DNA of 57,730 nt from Christensenellales bacterium (GTDB lineage Bacteria > Bacillota > Clostridia > Christensenellales > UBA3700): the NCBI GenBank assembly GCA_051883395.1, contig JBJETQ010000028.1, positions 1 through 57,730 of the forward strand, written 5' to 3'. A model generated the notes under the pieces. That model did no database searches. It was given only the letters and a program-made list of their open reading frames with translations, and was not told where the DNA came from. The translations under genes were made by a program, and so were the position numbers. Below, piece after piece: positions 21,239 to 30,558 of the stretch (its first letter is position 1; every line of letters starts with the position of its first letter).

Positions 21239-21775
21239 ATGGACTATTTTGACGCAGACTGTTTGTGTCTGAGAACAATCGACTACAAGGACAACGACAA
21301 GTTGCTGACCCTGTACGCACCGGAGAAGGGCAAGATTTCCGCTGTTGCAAAAGGTTGTAAATCACCTAAGGCAAAGCTGAAATACGCCGCTTCTCCTCTT
21401 TGCTTCGGACATTACTATTTTTCAGTCAAGGGCGGAAGATACGTGCTGACGGGTTGCGATTGCTACGACAGCTTTTTTGACGTGATAAGCGACATGGAAA
21501 AGTATTGTTGCGCCATGGTAGTGGTTGAAACGTTGGACAAATGTCAGATGGAAGGTCAATACGAGCACGATTTGTACGTAAGTTGTCTCAACGCTTTGAG
21601 ACGGCTGAAAGGGCAGGTGGACAACGCAGAAGCATTTGCGGTAGAGTTCTTGGCTTCTGCCATTGAGCTGCTGGGTTATAAAAGACAGAAAATGAACCTG
21701 AAAGATACATACAACTTTTTTGACAAAGAGTTGGGCGTAAAGTTGAATTCTTTGCAAATGCTTATTAAATTGTAA
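21239..21775 (+). CDS. recO: DNA repair protein RecO (short, 178 aa)
   Basis: N-terminal OB-fold pattern LRTIDYKDNDKLLTLYAPEKGKISAVAKG. Conserved position after era. GGAG SD. Confidence 0.8.
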   Translation: MDYFDADCLCLRTIDYKDNDKLLTLYAPEKGKISAVAKGCKSPKAKLKYAASPLCFGHYYFSVKGGRYVLTGCDCYDSFFDVISDMEKYCCAMVVVETLDKCQMEGQYEHDLYVSCLNALRRLKGQVDNAEAFAVEFLASAIELLGYKRQKMNLKDTYNFFDKELGVKLNSLQMLIKL

Positions 21776-21797
21776 AAGAAATTTTACAATTTTTTTA
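21769..21797 (+). terminator. AT-rich intrinsic terminator of recO
   Basis: ATTGTAAAA-GAA-ATTTTACAAT followed by TTTTTT. Confidence 0.5.
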
Positions 21798-21825
21798 TTT
21801 AATCAAAAATTATATAAATAAAGTC

Positions 21826-21854
21826 TTGAAAAAATTTTCCATTTCTTGTAATAT
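21826..21854 (+). promoter_or_regulatory. Candidate sigma-A promoter for ppdK
   Basis: TTGAAA, 17 nt spacer, TAATAT. Confidence 0.45.
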
Positions 21855-21890
21855 GTAATTGTTAAGAAAAAACTTCTAAGGAGGCAAATA

Positions 21891-24554
21891 ATGGCTAAAT
21901 ATGTTTACCTTTTCAAAGAGGCAGACGGAGACAACAAAGCGTTGTTCGGCGGTAAAGGCGCAAACCTTGCAAAAATGACGTCTTGGGGTATGCCTGTACC
22001 ACAAGGCTTTACTATAACTACCGAAGCGTGCACAAAGTATTATGATGACGGAGAAACAATCGTTGACAGCGTCGTTGAAGAAATTTTCGACGCATTGGCA
22101 AAGGTTGAAGCCGACGCAGGTAAGAAATTCGGAGACGAAGAAAATCCTTTCCTTGTATCTGTAAGAAGCGGTGCAAGAGCGTCTATGCCGGGTATGATGG
22201 ATACCATTCTCAACCTGGGACTCAACGACGTATCGGTAAAAGGTCTTGCAAAAAAGACGGGCAATCCAAGATTCGCTTACGACTGTTACAGAAGATTTAT
22301 TCAGATGTTTTCCGACGTGGTTATGGGTTCTTCAAAATCGTCTTTTGAAAAGATTATCGACGAACTCAAAGAAGCTAAGGGCGTCAAACTCGATACCGAA
22401 CTGACAGCGGAAGATTTGCAGGAATTAATTGCAAAATTCAAACAATTCTATAAAGAAGACCAGGGACAGGAATTTCCGCAAGACCCTAAGGTACAACTTA
22501 TCGAAGCCGTTAAAGCCGTGTTCCGTAGCTGGAACAACCCAAGAGCTATCGTTTATCGTCGTATGAACGATATACCTGGTAGCTGGGGTACAGCAGTAAA
22601 CGTTCAATCGATGGTATTCGGTAATATGGGCGAAACGTCAGGTACCGGCGTTGCGTTTACGAGAGACCCTTCGACGGGCGAAAAGAGACTGTACGGCGAA
22701 TATCTTATGAACGCACAGGGCGAAGACGTGGTTGCAGGTATTCGTACCCCTATGACTATCGACCATCTGGCTCAGACCAACAAAGCCGTATATGAACAGT
22801 TTGTATCTATTGCCAACAGACTTGAAAAAGAAAACAAAGACATGCAGGATATGGAGTTTACTATCGAAGAAGGCAGACTTTATATGTTGCAGACCCGTAA
22901 CGGTAAACGTACCGCAAGAGCGGCAATCAAGATTGCGTGCGACCTTGTGGACGAAGGTATGATTACCGAGAAAGAAGCTTTGCTTAAAATCGAGCCTAAA
23001 CAACTCGACGCCTTGCTCCATCCGCAATTCAATGCAAAGGCTTTGAAGAGCGCTAAACCTATCGCATCGGGCTTGCCTGCATCTCCGGGAGCTGCTTGCG
23101 GTAAGGTTGCTTTTTCTGCCGAAGAAGCTGTACAAAGAGCAGCAGCCGGCGAAAAGGTTGTGCTTGTAAGATTGGAAACTTCTCCTGAAGACATCGAAGG
23201 TATGTATGCCGCACAAGGCGTGCTTACCGCTCGTGGCGGTATGACTTCTCACGCTGCCGTTGTAGCACGTGGTATGGGCGCTTGCTGCGTAGCAGGTTGC
23301 TCGGCACTCAAAATCGACGAAGAAAACAAGATTTTGTATATTGACGGAGTAAAATACACCACCGAAGATTATCTCTCTCTCGACGGTTCGACGGGTAACG
23401 TGTACGGCACCAAAATCGAAACGGAAGAAGCCAGCGTGAGCGGCGACTTTGCAAGAATTATGGAGTGGTCGGACAAGTATAGAGCTTTGAAGGTGAGAAC
23501 CAACGCCGACAATCCTACCGACGCCGCAGTTGCCGTTAAGTTTGGCGCAGAAGGTATAGGACTTTGCCGTACAGAGCATATGTTCTTTGCCGAAGACAGA
23601 ATTCCTGCAATAAGAGAAATGATAGTATCCAAGACCGAAGAAGCAAGAAGAAAGGCTTTGGCAAAACTGTTGCCAATGCAGAGAGAAGACTTTATCGGTA
23701 TATACGAAGCTATGGCAGGCAGACCTGTTACCATTCGTTTCCTTGACCCACCTCTCCATGAGTTTGTGCCACACAAGGACGAAGAAATTCAGGAACTCGC
23801 CGACAATATGGGCATGAGCTTTGAAGAACTTAAAGAAGTGGTTGAAGGCTTGAAAGAATTCAACCCTATGATGGGACACCGTGGTTGCCGTTTGAGCGTA
23901 ACTTATCCTGAAATTGCCGAGATGCAGACGCAAGCCGTTATCGAAGCGGCAATTGCCGTAGGCAAGAAGGGCATCAACGTAATTCCTGAGATTATGATTC
24001 CGCTCGTTGGCGAAGTGAAAGAGCTGAAATACGTCAAAGACGTGGTTGTTAAGACGGCGGAGAAGATTCTTGCCGACAACAACACTACGATGGAATACCA
24101 TATCGGTACGATGATCGAAATTCCAAGAGCTGCATTGACTGCCGACGAAATTGCAAAAGAAGCAGAATTCTTCTCCTTTGGTACCAACGACCTGACTCAG
24201 ATGACTTTCGGATTTTCTAGAGACGATGCAGGAAAGTTCCTTGGCGAATACTACGACAAGAAGATTTTTGAGTCCGACCCATTCGCAAGACTTGACCAGA
24301 TAGGCGTAGGAAGACTTGTCAAGATAGCTATCGACGGCGGTAAATCGACTCGTCCTGACATCAAGCTGGGTATATGCGGAGAGCATGGCGGAGACCCTTC
24401 GACTATCGAATTCTGCCACAACGTAGGTCTGACTTACGTATCCTGCTCGCCTTATCGTGTGCCTATCGCAAGATTGGCAGCCGCTCAGGCAAATATCATC
24501 AACCCAAGAATCAAACCGGAAGGTATGGCAACGAGATATTTGCAAGAAAACTAA
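21891..24554 (+). CDS. ppdK: Pyruvate, phosphate dikinase
   Basis: 887 aa. Phosphohistidine motif GGMTSHAAVVARGMG and a C-terminal PEP-utilising TIM domain. GGAGG SD. Confidence 0.97.
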   Translation: MAKYVYLFKEADGDNKALFGGKGANLAKMTSWGMPVPQGFTITTEACTKYYDDGETIVDSVVEEIFDALAKVEADAGKKFGDEENPFLVSVRSGARASMPGMMDTILNLGLNDVSVKGLAKKTGNPRFAYDCYRRFIQMFSDVVMGSSKSSFEKIIDELKEAKGVKLDTELTAEDLQELIAKFKQFYKEDQGQEFPQDPKVQLIEAVKAVFRSWNNPRAIVYRRMNDIPGSWGTAVNVQSMVFGNMGETSGTGVAFTRDPSTGEKRLYGEYLMNAQGEDVVAGIRTPMTIDHLAQTNKAVYEQFVSIANRLEKENKDMQDMEFTIEEGRLYMLQTRNGKRTARAAIKIACDLVDEGMITEKEALLKIEPKQLDALLHPQFNAKALKSAKPIASGLPASPGAACGKVAFSAEEAVQRAAAGEKVVLVRLETSPEDIEGMYAAQGVLTARGGMTSHAAVVARGMGACCVAGCSALKIDEENKILYIDGVKYTTEDYLSLDGSTGNVYGTKIETEEASVSGDFARIMEWSDKYRALKVRTNADNPTDAAVAVKFGAEGIGLCRTEHMFFAEDRIPAIREMIVSKTEEARRKALAKLLPMQREDFIGIYEAMAGRPVTIRFLDPPLHEFVPHKDEEIQELADNMGMSFEELKEVVEGLKEFNPMMGHRGCRLSVTYPEIAEMQTQAVIEAAIAVGKKGINVIPEIMIPLVGEVKELKYVKDVVVKTAEKILADNNTTMEYHIGTMIEIPRAALTADEIAKEAEFFSFGTNDLTQMTFGFSRDDAGKFLGEYYDKKIFESDPFARLDQIGVGRLVKIAIDGGKSTRPDIKLGICGEHGGDPSTIEFCHNVGLTYVSCSPYRVPIARLAAAQANIINPRIKPEGMATRYLQEN

Positions 24555-24580
24555 ATACAGGTAAGCAAAATTATACCAAT

Positions 24581-24613
24581 CAAAAACCGAAACTCAAACG
24601 AGTTTCGGTTTTT
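24581..24613. terminator. Bidirectional intrinsic terminator (ppdK / GH2 convergent)
   Basis: AAAACCGAAACTC-AAAC-GAGTTTCGGTTTT with an A-run before it and a T-run after it. Confidence 0.85.
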
Positions 24614-24648
24614 TTGACGGCAGATTGGTGATTGATATTGTCTGCCGT
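24613..24648. other. Second 10-bp hairpin downstream of the GH2 gene
   Basis: TGACGGCAGA, 16 nt, TCTGCCGTCA, with no adjacent U-run. Confidence 0.4.
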
Positions 24649-24717
24649 CAGCATGAGTCGGCGTTGTAAAGTTGTAGTTATTGTTCTCAGATGCGTCCTG
24701 TCGGCGAGAATGAATTA

Positions 24718-26982
24718 TCAGTTGCCGACTGTTGGTTTTTTGATGCGATTGAGAGAATGATTGAGCTTCAACAGTTCTTCTTTGGAGAAGGACACGTTGA
24801 GCATGCCCATCATACCCGTCAGTCTGAGAACGGTAAAGCCACCCATCATTTTGAGCATATCGCCGCTCATTTTGAAAGCAGGATTGCCTTCCTTGGAGTT
24901 TTGTTCTGACTTTGCCGCATTTATTTTCTTTTTGATTTTGATAGCAAATACGACCATCCACAGTTTGCCACGCAAGGTCGATACAATGTCGGAGATTTTG
25001 TCGTTGAGCGAAAATCTGCCGTCGGGTGTTTCTACGTCAAACCAGTTGAGAACGGCGTGCTTTTCTTTGAGCAGATAATCTTCGTTGAATTTGTCCACCT
25101 TGCGTATCGTTGCGCTGTCCCGACAGTCGCCTGCTACGGCTTCGACGTTGCTTTCTCCTTTGTTGTCGATAGTAAATCGAAAGACGTGGTCGTCAGATTT
25201 TTGCTTGCCCACCGACTTGCCGTTGACAAACAATTCTACTTCTTCCATATTTGAATATACTTTGACCTGCGTCTGGTCTTCCACTCTGTCAACGTAACGT
25301 TTGGAACAGATGTGGACGAATTTTTCTTTTGAAAGCCATGCTTTGTAGATATAAAAAGCGTCCTTTTTGTAACTGCGGTCGAAGGTTACAAGCCCCTTGT
25401 GGTTTTGACCGTTTTCGCCGCCTTCCGCCCGTGCGTCTGCGCCAAAGTCAAACATATTCCAAACGTGCGTTGCCCATATATAAGGGCGTGAGAATAGTTG
25501 TTTGATAAGTTCTTCGTGATAATATGCCTGATATTCTTCGGTATAGTCTCCCTGGACGGGATTGGACGAGTGCCAGTTGAGAGCTTCGCAGCCGTATTCG
25601 CTGCAACCGATAGGAACGTCGGGATATTTGGCGTGAAAGTTGTCAAACCACGGTCCGTTCATAGACGTATCGCCGCCGTACCAGCCAAAGTAATGATTGT
25701 AAGATATAGCGTCGGGTATCCTGATATATTCGCTGTCGATACTGCACATTGACACCACGGCTACTACGGTGAGTCTTGTTTTGTCCAAAGAGTGTGCAAG
25801 GTCGTTGAGTATGCGATGATTTTCTATCAGTTCCTGCGATTCGCCCGACATCGTTATTTCGTTGGAAAGTCCCCATACCACGATTGACGGATGATTGTAA
25901 TTCTGAACGATGAGTTCTTTGAGCTGAGATACGGTATTGGAAAGTCCACCCGTAAGATGATTGGAAATATAAGGTATCTCCGCCCATACTATCATACCTT
26001 TTTGGTCGCACAGGTCATAAAAAATCTGGTCGTGCTGATAGTGTGCCAGTCTGATTGTATTTGCTCCCACTTCGCAGATAAGTTCCATATCTTCTATATG
26101 ATGCTCTTTGGTGAGAGCGTTGCCCACGCCCCATCTGTCCTGATGACGTGATACGCCGTGTAAAGGATAAGACTTGCCGTTGAGAAAAAATCCTTTGTCC
26201 GGGTCAATATAAAAGGTCCTTACGCCAAAAGGCGACGCTACGTTGTCAAGCACGTTGTCTTTTTCAACAAGTTGAGCGGAAGCGGAATAGAGATACGGGT
26301 CTATCGTGCCGTTCCAAAGACGAACGTTGGGTAGAGTAAGAGTAACCTTGTCGTCTGCGCTTGTTGTTGAAACCAACTCCTTGCCGCTGTCGTCGTAAAT
26401 GGTATATCTGATTGTTTGCCCCTGCTTTTTGTCGGTGGTATATACCTGAATATCGACTATGGCGTCCTTGCCTTCGGGACGTGAAGTTATCGCTATTCCG
26501 TCGCCGCCGAAGTACATCAGGTCAAAGTGCGAGTTGCTGACGGCAATAATGTTGACGTCTCTGTACAGACCGCCGTAAAAAGTAAAATCTGCCATCTGTG
26601 GATATACGCTGTCGTTGGGCGAATTGTCAACGGCAATTTCTATGAGAGTTTTATCTGTAAGATAATCGGTGATTTCTGCCCTGAACGTCGAATATCCGCC
26701 GTCGTGCGAAGCTATCTTTTTGCCGCCTGCATATACGTCGGCAGAAGAATTGGCGCCTTTGATTTCGATAAAATATTTGTCGGCTTGCGGCAGAGCAGAC
26801 TTGTCGATATACTTTGCATAGATACATCTGCCACGATAGTAGTCGTTGCCGCCGTCCTGACCGTCAACCGCATTCCACGTGTGCGGAAGATTGACAATCT
26901 GGGCGTCGTCGGGAAGGGTGTGTTGTGGTTGGCTTTGTTTGCTGAAATGCCACTCATCGTTGATATTTAAAAATTTTCTCAT
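24718..26982 (-). CDS. GH2 beta-glucuronidase (GUS)-like glycoside hydrolase
   Basis: 754 aa from MRKFLNINDEWHF (GGGAG SD). Acid/base WGLSNE, nucleophile CSEYGCE. GQNHKGLVTFDR aligns with E. coli GUS GGNKKGIFTRDR (the NxK glucuronide motif). Context also supports the call: a GPH symporter and uxaC/uxuAB. Confidence 0.8.
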   Translation of the reverse strand: MRKFLNINDEWHFSKQSQPQHTLPDDAQIVNLPHTWNAVDGQDGGNDYYRGRCIYAKYIDKSALPQADKYFIEIKGANSSADVYAGGKKIASHDGGYSTFRAEITDYLTDKTLIEIAVDNSPNDSVYPQMADFTFYGGLYRDVNIIAVSNSHFDLMYFGGDGIAITSRPEGKDAIVDIQVYTTDKKQGQTIRYTIYDDSGKELVSTTSADDKVTLTLPNVRLWNGTIDPYLYSASAQLVEKDNVLDNVASPFGVRTFYIDPDKGFFLNGKSYPLHGVSRHQDRWGVGNALTKEHHIEDMELICEVGANTIRLAHYQHDQIFYDLCDQKGMIVWAEIPYISNHLTGGLSNTVSQLKELIVQNYNHPSIVVWGLSNEITMSGESQELIENHRILNDLAHSLDKTRLTVVAVVSMCSIDSEYIRIPDAISYNHYFGWYGGDTSMNGPWFDNFHAKYPDVPIGCSEYGCEALNWHSSNPVQGDYTEEYQAYYHEELIKQLFSRPYIWATHVWNMFDFGADARAEGGENGQNHKGLVTFDRSYKKDAFYIYKAWLSKEKFVHICSKRYVDRVEDQTQVKVYSNMEEVELFVNGKSVGKQKSDDHVFRFTIDNKGESNVEAVAGDCRDSATIRKVDKFNEDYLLKEKHAVLNWFDVETPDGRFSLNDKISDIVSTLRGKLWMVVFAIKIKKKINAAKSEQNSKEGNPAFKMSGDMLKMMGGFTVLRLTGMMGMLNVSFSKEELLKLNHSLNRIKKPTVGN

Positions 26983-26983
26983 A

Positions 26984-28858
26984 TTATTCTCCCTTTTGAT
27001 TGTTGTCGGCATCAGTATAGATGTCGCTGTCGTCGCCAGAACGTGGCTTGTCGTCGCCCAAATGGTCGTCGCCAGAATGTGGCTTGCCGTCGCCCGAACG
27101 GTCGTCGCCAGAACGTAGCTTGTAGTCGCCAGAATGTGGCTTGTCGTCGCCCAAATGGTCGTCGCCAGAATGTGGCTTGCCGTCGCCCGAACGGTCGTCG
27201 CCAGAACGTAGCTTGTCGTCGCCCAAATGGTCGTCGCCAGAACGTAGCTTGCCGTCGCCCGAACGGTCGTCGCCAAAAGCGTCGGTATCGTCTGATTTGT
27301 CGTCGCTGTCGGTGTCTTTGTCGGTAGTTTCTTCGTCCGAGTCGTCGGCAGGAATATACTCGTGGCGATAATTGTTGAGTTGGTCATAGTCAACGACGTT
27401 TTCGTCAATCACCGATTCTACTCCCTTAGCCATAGAGTCGTCGGAATAGGAGTGGTCGGCAGAGTGTTGTTCTCTCAATATTTCTACGTTTTGCTCGACT
27501 TGCTTTTTGTGCAACGGATACCATAGCAGAAGGACTAATCCTAGTATCAGGAACCCTGCGCCCGGCAACAGAGTGGCTATTGCAAAAATACCGTCTTTGA
27601 CGTCAGGGTTGAAGGCTGTGGCAGCAGTATAGCCGATGAGCGACAGCAGTCCGCCCGTCAGTCCCGAAGACGCCGCTTGTCCCAGTTTGCGTGCAAAGGA
27701 GTACAGAGCGTAGACGCTGCCGTCTTCTCTTATTCCGTTTTTGATTTCTGCATGGTCGATTACGTCGGTGATGAGCGCCCATGACATCATGGAGAACATT
27801 CCCAGTCCCAACCAGCATACCGCCTGCAATATCGTAAACACCCATACGTTCTGCGGTTTGATAAAATAGGTGAGAAAACTGATGAATGCGGCAAAAAAGC
27901 TTGCTTCGTAGCCTATTTCTGCCTTGCCGAAGCGTTTTGCAAGCGGTTTTGCAAACACCCCTGACACTATCATTGCCAGCGCCATGACTAAAAAGGATAC
28001 CGATTGCATTTTGGCGTTGTTGTAGAAGTTTGGATAGACGTAGTTTGCCATTGTCTGCATTGTCAGCTGTGCAAGCAACATAAATATCGACGCTACGATT
28101 ATGGATATGAGCGCACGATTTTTAAATGCGTTGGAGAGCATTTTTTTGACGGAATTGTTGCGGAAGACGTCTTCTTTGACTTCGGGTTGAACTCTCTCTT
28201 TGGTGAGAACGAAACACAACACGTAGCACAATACGGCAAGTATGGAAAATATCCCTGCAACAAGGGTGAATTTTTCTCCGTTCATCACGTCGACTTCGAC
28301 GCCGTTCTGAATTACCTTGTCATAGACTATCAAAGGTACTCCCACCGAGACGATTGCCCCTGCAAACATACCGCCCATGGTGCGGAAGGTTGATAGAGAC
28401 TGTCTGTCGCCCGGTTCGGCAGAGATTGCCGAAGCCATTGAACCGTATGGTATGTTGATGGAAGTGTAGAATACCGATCCCCACAATATATACGTTATAA
28501 ACAACCATATAATTTTGAACGTCATGCTCGCCGAAGCAAGAGAACTCTGGTATATCAGAAAGGACGATATAGCCACGGGACCGCACATTTTCAACAACCA
28601 CGGCTTGAACTTGCCGAATCTGGTATTTTTGCTTCTGTCGCATATTCTTCCCATTGCAATATCGGTTACGGAGTCGACAAAGCGAGCCGCCATCATAACG
28701 ATACCTACGACGCCTGCCGCTACGCCCATTACGTCGGTGTAAAATTTGAGCAGAAATGACGACGACAGTATAAAGGTAAAGTCGTTGCCGAAGTCGCCGA
28801 AAAGATAACCTATCTTATCTCTGACGCCGAAAGGTCGTATCGATTTTTCTTGTTTCAT
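26984..28858 (-). CDS. GPH family glycoside/glucuronide:cation symporter with a repetitive acidic C-terminal tail
   Basis: MKQEKSIRPFGVRDKIGYLFGDFGNDF followed by about 12 TM segments. The tail starts about 160 aa before the stop. GGAGG SD. The stop lies 1 nt before the GUS ATG. Confidence 0.88.
   Translation of the reverse strand: MKQEKSIRPFGVRDKIGYLFGDFGNDFTFILSSSFLLKFYTDVMGVAAGVVGIVMMAARFVDSVTDIAMGRICDRSKNTRFGKFKPWLLKMCGPVAISSFLIYQSSLASASMTFKIIWLFITYILWGSVFYTSINIPYGSMASAISAEPGDRQSLSTFRTMGGMFAGAIVSVGVPLIVYDKVIQNGVEVDVMNGEKFTLVAGIFSILAVLCYVLCFVLTKERVQPEVKEDVFRNNSVKKMLSNAFKNRALISIIVASIFMLLAQLTMQTMANYVYPNFYNNAKMQSVSFLVMALAMIVSGVFAKPLAKRFGKAEIGYEASFFAAFISFLTYFIKPQNVWVFTILQAVCWLGLGMFSMMSWALITDVIDHAEIKNGIREDGSVYALYSFARKLGQAASSGLTGGLLSLIGYTAATAFNPDVKDGIFAIATLLPGAGFLILGLVLLLWYPLHKKQVEQNVEILREQHSADHSYSDDSMAKGVESVIDENVVDYDQLNNYRHEYIPADDSDEETTDKDTDSDDKSDDTDAFGDDRSGDGKLRSGDDHLGDDKLRSGDDRSGDGKPHSGDDHLGDDKPHSGDYKLRSGDDRSGDGKPHSGDDHLGDDKPRSGDDSDIYTDADNNQKGE
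27030..27275 (-). repeat. Tandem coding repeat, 93-nt period (about 2.6 copies) with 15-21 nt sub-repeats
   Basis: GGCTTGTCGTCGCCCAAATGG recurs at 27045 and 27138. It encodes RSGDGKP-HSGDDHL-GDDKP-HSGDYKL-RSGDD units. Confidence 0.9.
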
Positions 28859-28880
28859 ATATCCTCCTGTTTGATTGGAA

Positions 28881-28920
28881 ACTGCACCGTACGTCTGCTT
28901 GGTCTGATTGTCGGTGCAGT
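28881..28920 (-). promoter_or_regulatory. Hairpin in the 5' leader of the symporter gene
   Basis: ACTGCACCG, 22 nt, CGGTGCAGT, located 23-62 nt upstream of the start codon. Confidence 0.35.
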
Positions 28921-29152
28921 CAACGTTTGTTCATACAAAAAAAGTGTGTCCAAACATACGGGAGTTAAACCGTAAGGCAAAGAATATTTGTATCGGAAAA
29001 TATTGCAAAGTTAAAATGCCGTGTCAAATTATAAAATCGGAAAAAATTGCAACACTTATAATTGACATCAGGTGCGTTGCCAATAACCAAAAAACGAATT
29101 TTGTCGATACGTATCTGATTATTTGGCTTTTTTGAAGACAAAAGGGGTTGTT

Positions 29153-30556
29153 ATGAAAGGTTTTTTGGACGATGATTTTTTGTTGAACGGCGAGACAGCA
29201 AGAACGCTGTATTTCGATTATGCACGCAATTTGCCCATAATCGATTATCATTGTCATTTGCCCGTCAGGGCGCTTGCCGAAAATCAACGCTTTGACAACA
29301 TAACCAAGTTGTGGCTGGACGGCGACCATTACAAGTGGCGGCTGATGAGAAACAACGGCGTGGACGAGTATTATATAGGCGGAAAGGCAAGCGACAGAGA
29401 AAAATTTGACAGATTTGTCGCTACGTTGCAAAGGGCAATAGGCAATCCGCTGTATCATTGGTGTCATCTCGAACTAAAAAGATATTTTGGAATTGACGAA
29501 CCTTTGACTTTGAAAAACGCAGGAGACGTGTGGGAGAGAGTGCGACGTCTGCTGCAACAAGACGATATGGGGGCAAAGGGTTTGGTAGAGATGAGCGGAG
29601 TAGAATTTATCGGCACTACCGACGACCCTGCCGACGATTTGCGCTGGCACAGACAGCTGGCGGAAGATAAAAGTTTCGGGGTAAAGGTATGTCCGTCCTT
29701 CCGCCCCGACAGAGCCTTGAATATAGACAAGCCGCAATGGAAAGAATATATCGGAGAATTGTCGTCGGTATGCGGAAGGCATATAGCCGACTACGACGAT
29801 TTGAAGTACGCATTGTCGGACAGAATGAAGTATTTTGACTATATGGGTTGTCGTGCGAGCGACCACGGAACGGAATATTTACCTGCCTGCAATAACAAAC
29901 TCAATCCGGATAAGATATTTGACAAGGTTATGAGCGGACAGACAATTACGACAGATGAAAGCGACGCTTTTAAGTATGATTTACTGAGATTTTGCGCAGG
30001 TCAATACGCAGATATGGGGTGGGTGATGCAGTTACATTTTAATTGCAAACGCAATCCTAACTCCAAAGCGTACGGACAGTTTGGCGCTGACAGCGGCTTT
30101 GATTGTATCGGGTATGGCGGCAACGGCAAAAATCTCACGGCTTTGCTCGACGATTTGTTTGCAAGCGGCAGTTTGCCTAAAACGATTTTGTATAGTCTCG
30201 ACCCCGGCGACAATGCTTTTCTTGACGTATTGGCAGGCTCGTTTCAGGGTAGTGAAGCGGCAGGCAAAATTCAACACGGCTCGGCATGGTGGTTTAACGA
30301 CAACAAGCAAGGAATAGAGCAACATCTGACGTCTTTGGCATCTTTGGGTGTGTTGGGCAACTTTGTAGGCATGTTGACCGACAGCAGAAGCTTTTTGAGC
30401 TTTGCCAGACACGAATATTTCAGAAGAATTTTGTGCGATTTGATAGGGGAGTGGACCGACAAGGGCGAGTATCCTTGCGATATAGGCTATCTTGGCGGAC
30501 TGGTGGAAGACGTGTGTTATCACAATGCAAAAAAATATTTTGGACTGGGAGAATAG
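29153..30556 (+). CDS. uxaC: Glucuronate isomerase
   Basis: MKGFLDDDFLLNGETARTLYFDYARNLPIIDYHCHL. 467 aa. Confidence 0.95.
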   Translation: MKGFLDDDFLLNGETARTLYFDYARNLPIIDYHCHLPVRALAENQRFDNITKLWLDGDHYKWRLMRNNGVDEYYIGGKASDREKFDRFVATLQRAIGNPLYHWCHLELKRYFGIDEPLTLKNAGDVWERVRRLLQQDDMGAKGLVEMSGVEFIGTTDDPADDLRWHRQLAEDKSFGVKVCPSFRPDRALNIDKPQWKEYIGELSSVCGRHIADYDDLKYALSDRMKYFDYMGCRASDHGTEYLPACNNKLNPDKIFDKVMSGQTITTDESDAFKYDLLRFCAGQYADMGWVMQLHFNCKRNPNSKAYGQFGADSGFDCIGYGGNGKNLTALLDDLFASGSLPKTILYSLDPGDNAFLDVLAGSFQGSEAAGKIQHGSAWWFNDNKQGIEQHLTSLASLGVLGNFVGMLTDSRSFLSFARHEYFRRILCDLIGEWTDKGEYPCDIGYLGGLVEDVCYHNAKKYFGLGE

Positions 30557-30558
30557 AT

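Noticed and set aside
22638-24545. A 635-aa ORF antisense to ppdK. Similar long antisense ORFs occur at 14660-15700 (dnaB), 34220-35194 (dinB), 38454-39719 (ABC), 43501-44256 and 44506-45282 (clpC).
   Set aside because: Each lies entirely inside a gene with unmistakable family motifs on the other strand. Each has no SD and translates to low-complexity, Cys/Arg/Phe-rich sequence. Long antisense frames stay open when the sense gene avoids TTA, CTA and TCA codons.
27043-27371. Plus-strand ORFs 27043-27327 and 27141-27371 (Arg/Pro/Ser repeats), and a possible CRISPR-like periodicity.
   Set aside because: They are artefacts of the 93-nt coding repeat, which is open in several frames. The repeats are contiguous with no unique spacers and lie inside a convincing transporter ORF, so this is not a CRISPR array.
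26983-27408. N-terminal 141-aa extension of ORF 24718-27408 (ATTVRATASYVLATTIW... repeats).
   Set aside because: This is the tandem repeat of the upstream symporter gene read in another frame. The GH2 protein starts at the MRKFLNINDEWHF ATG (26982), which has a GGGAG SD.
28908-29467. ORFs 28908-29135 (+) and 29024-29467 (-) in and around the uxaC control region.
   Set aside because: No SD and no recognisable motifs. The minus-strand ORF is antisense to the well-supported uxaC N-terminus.
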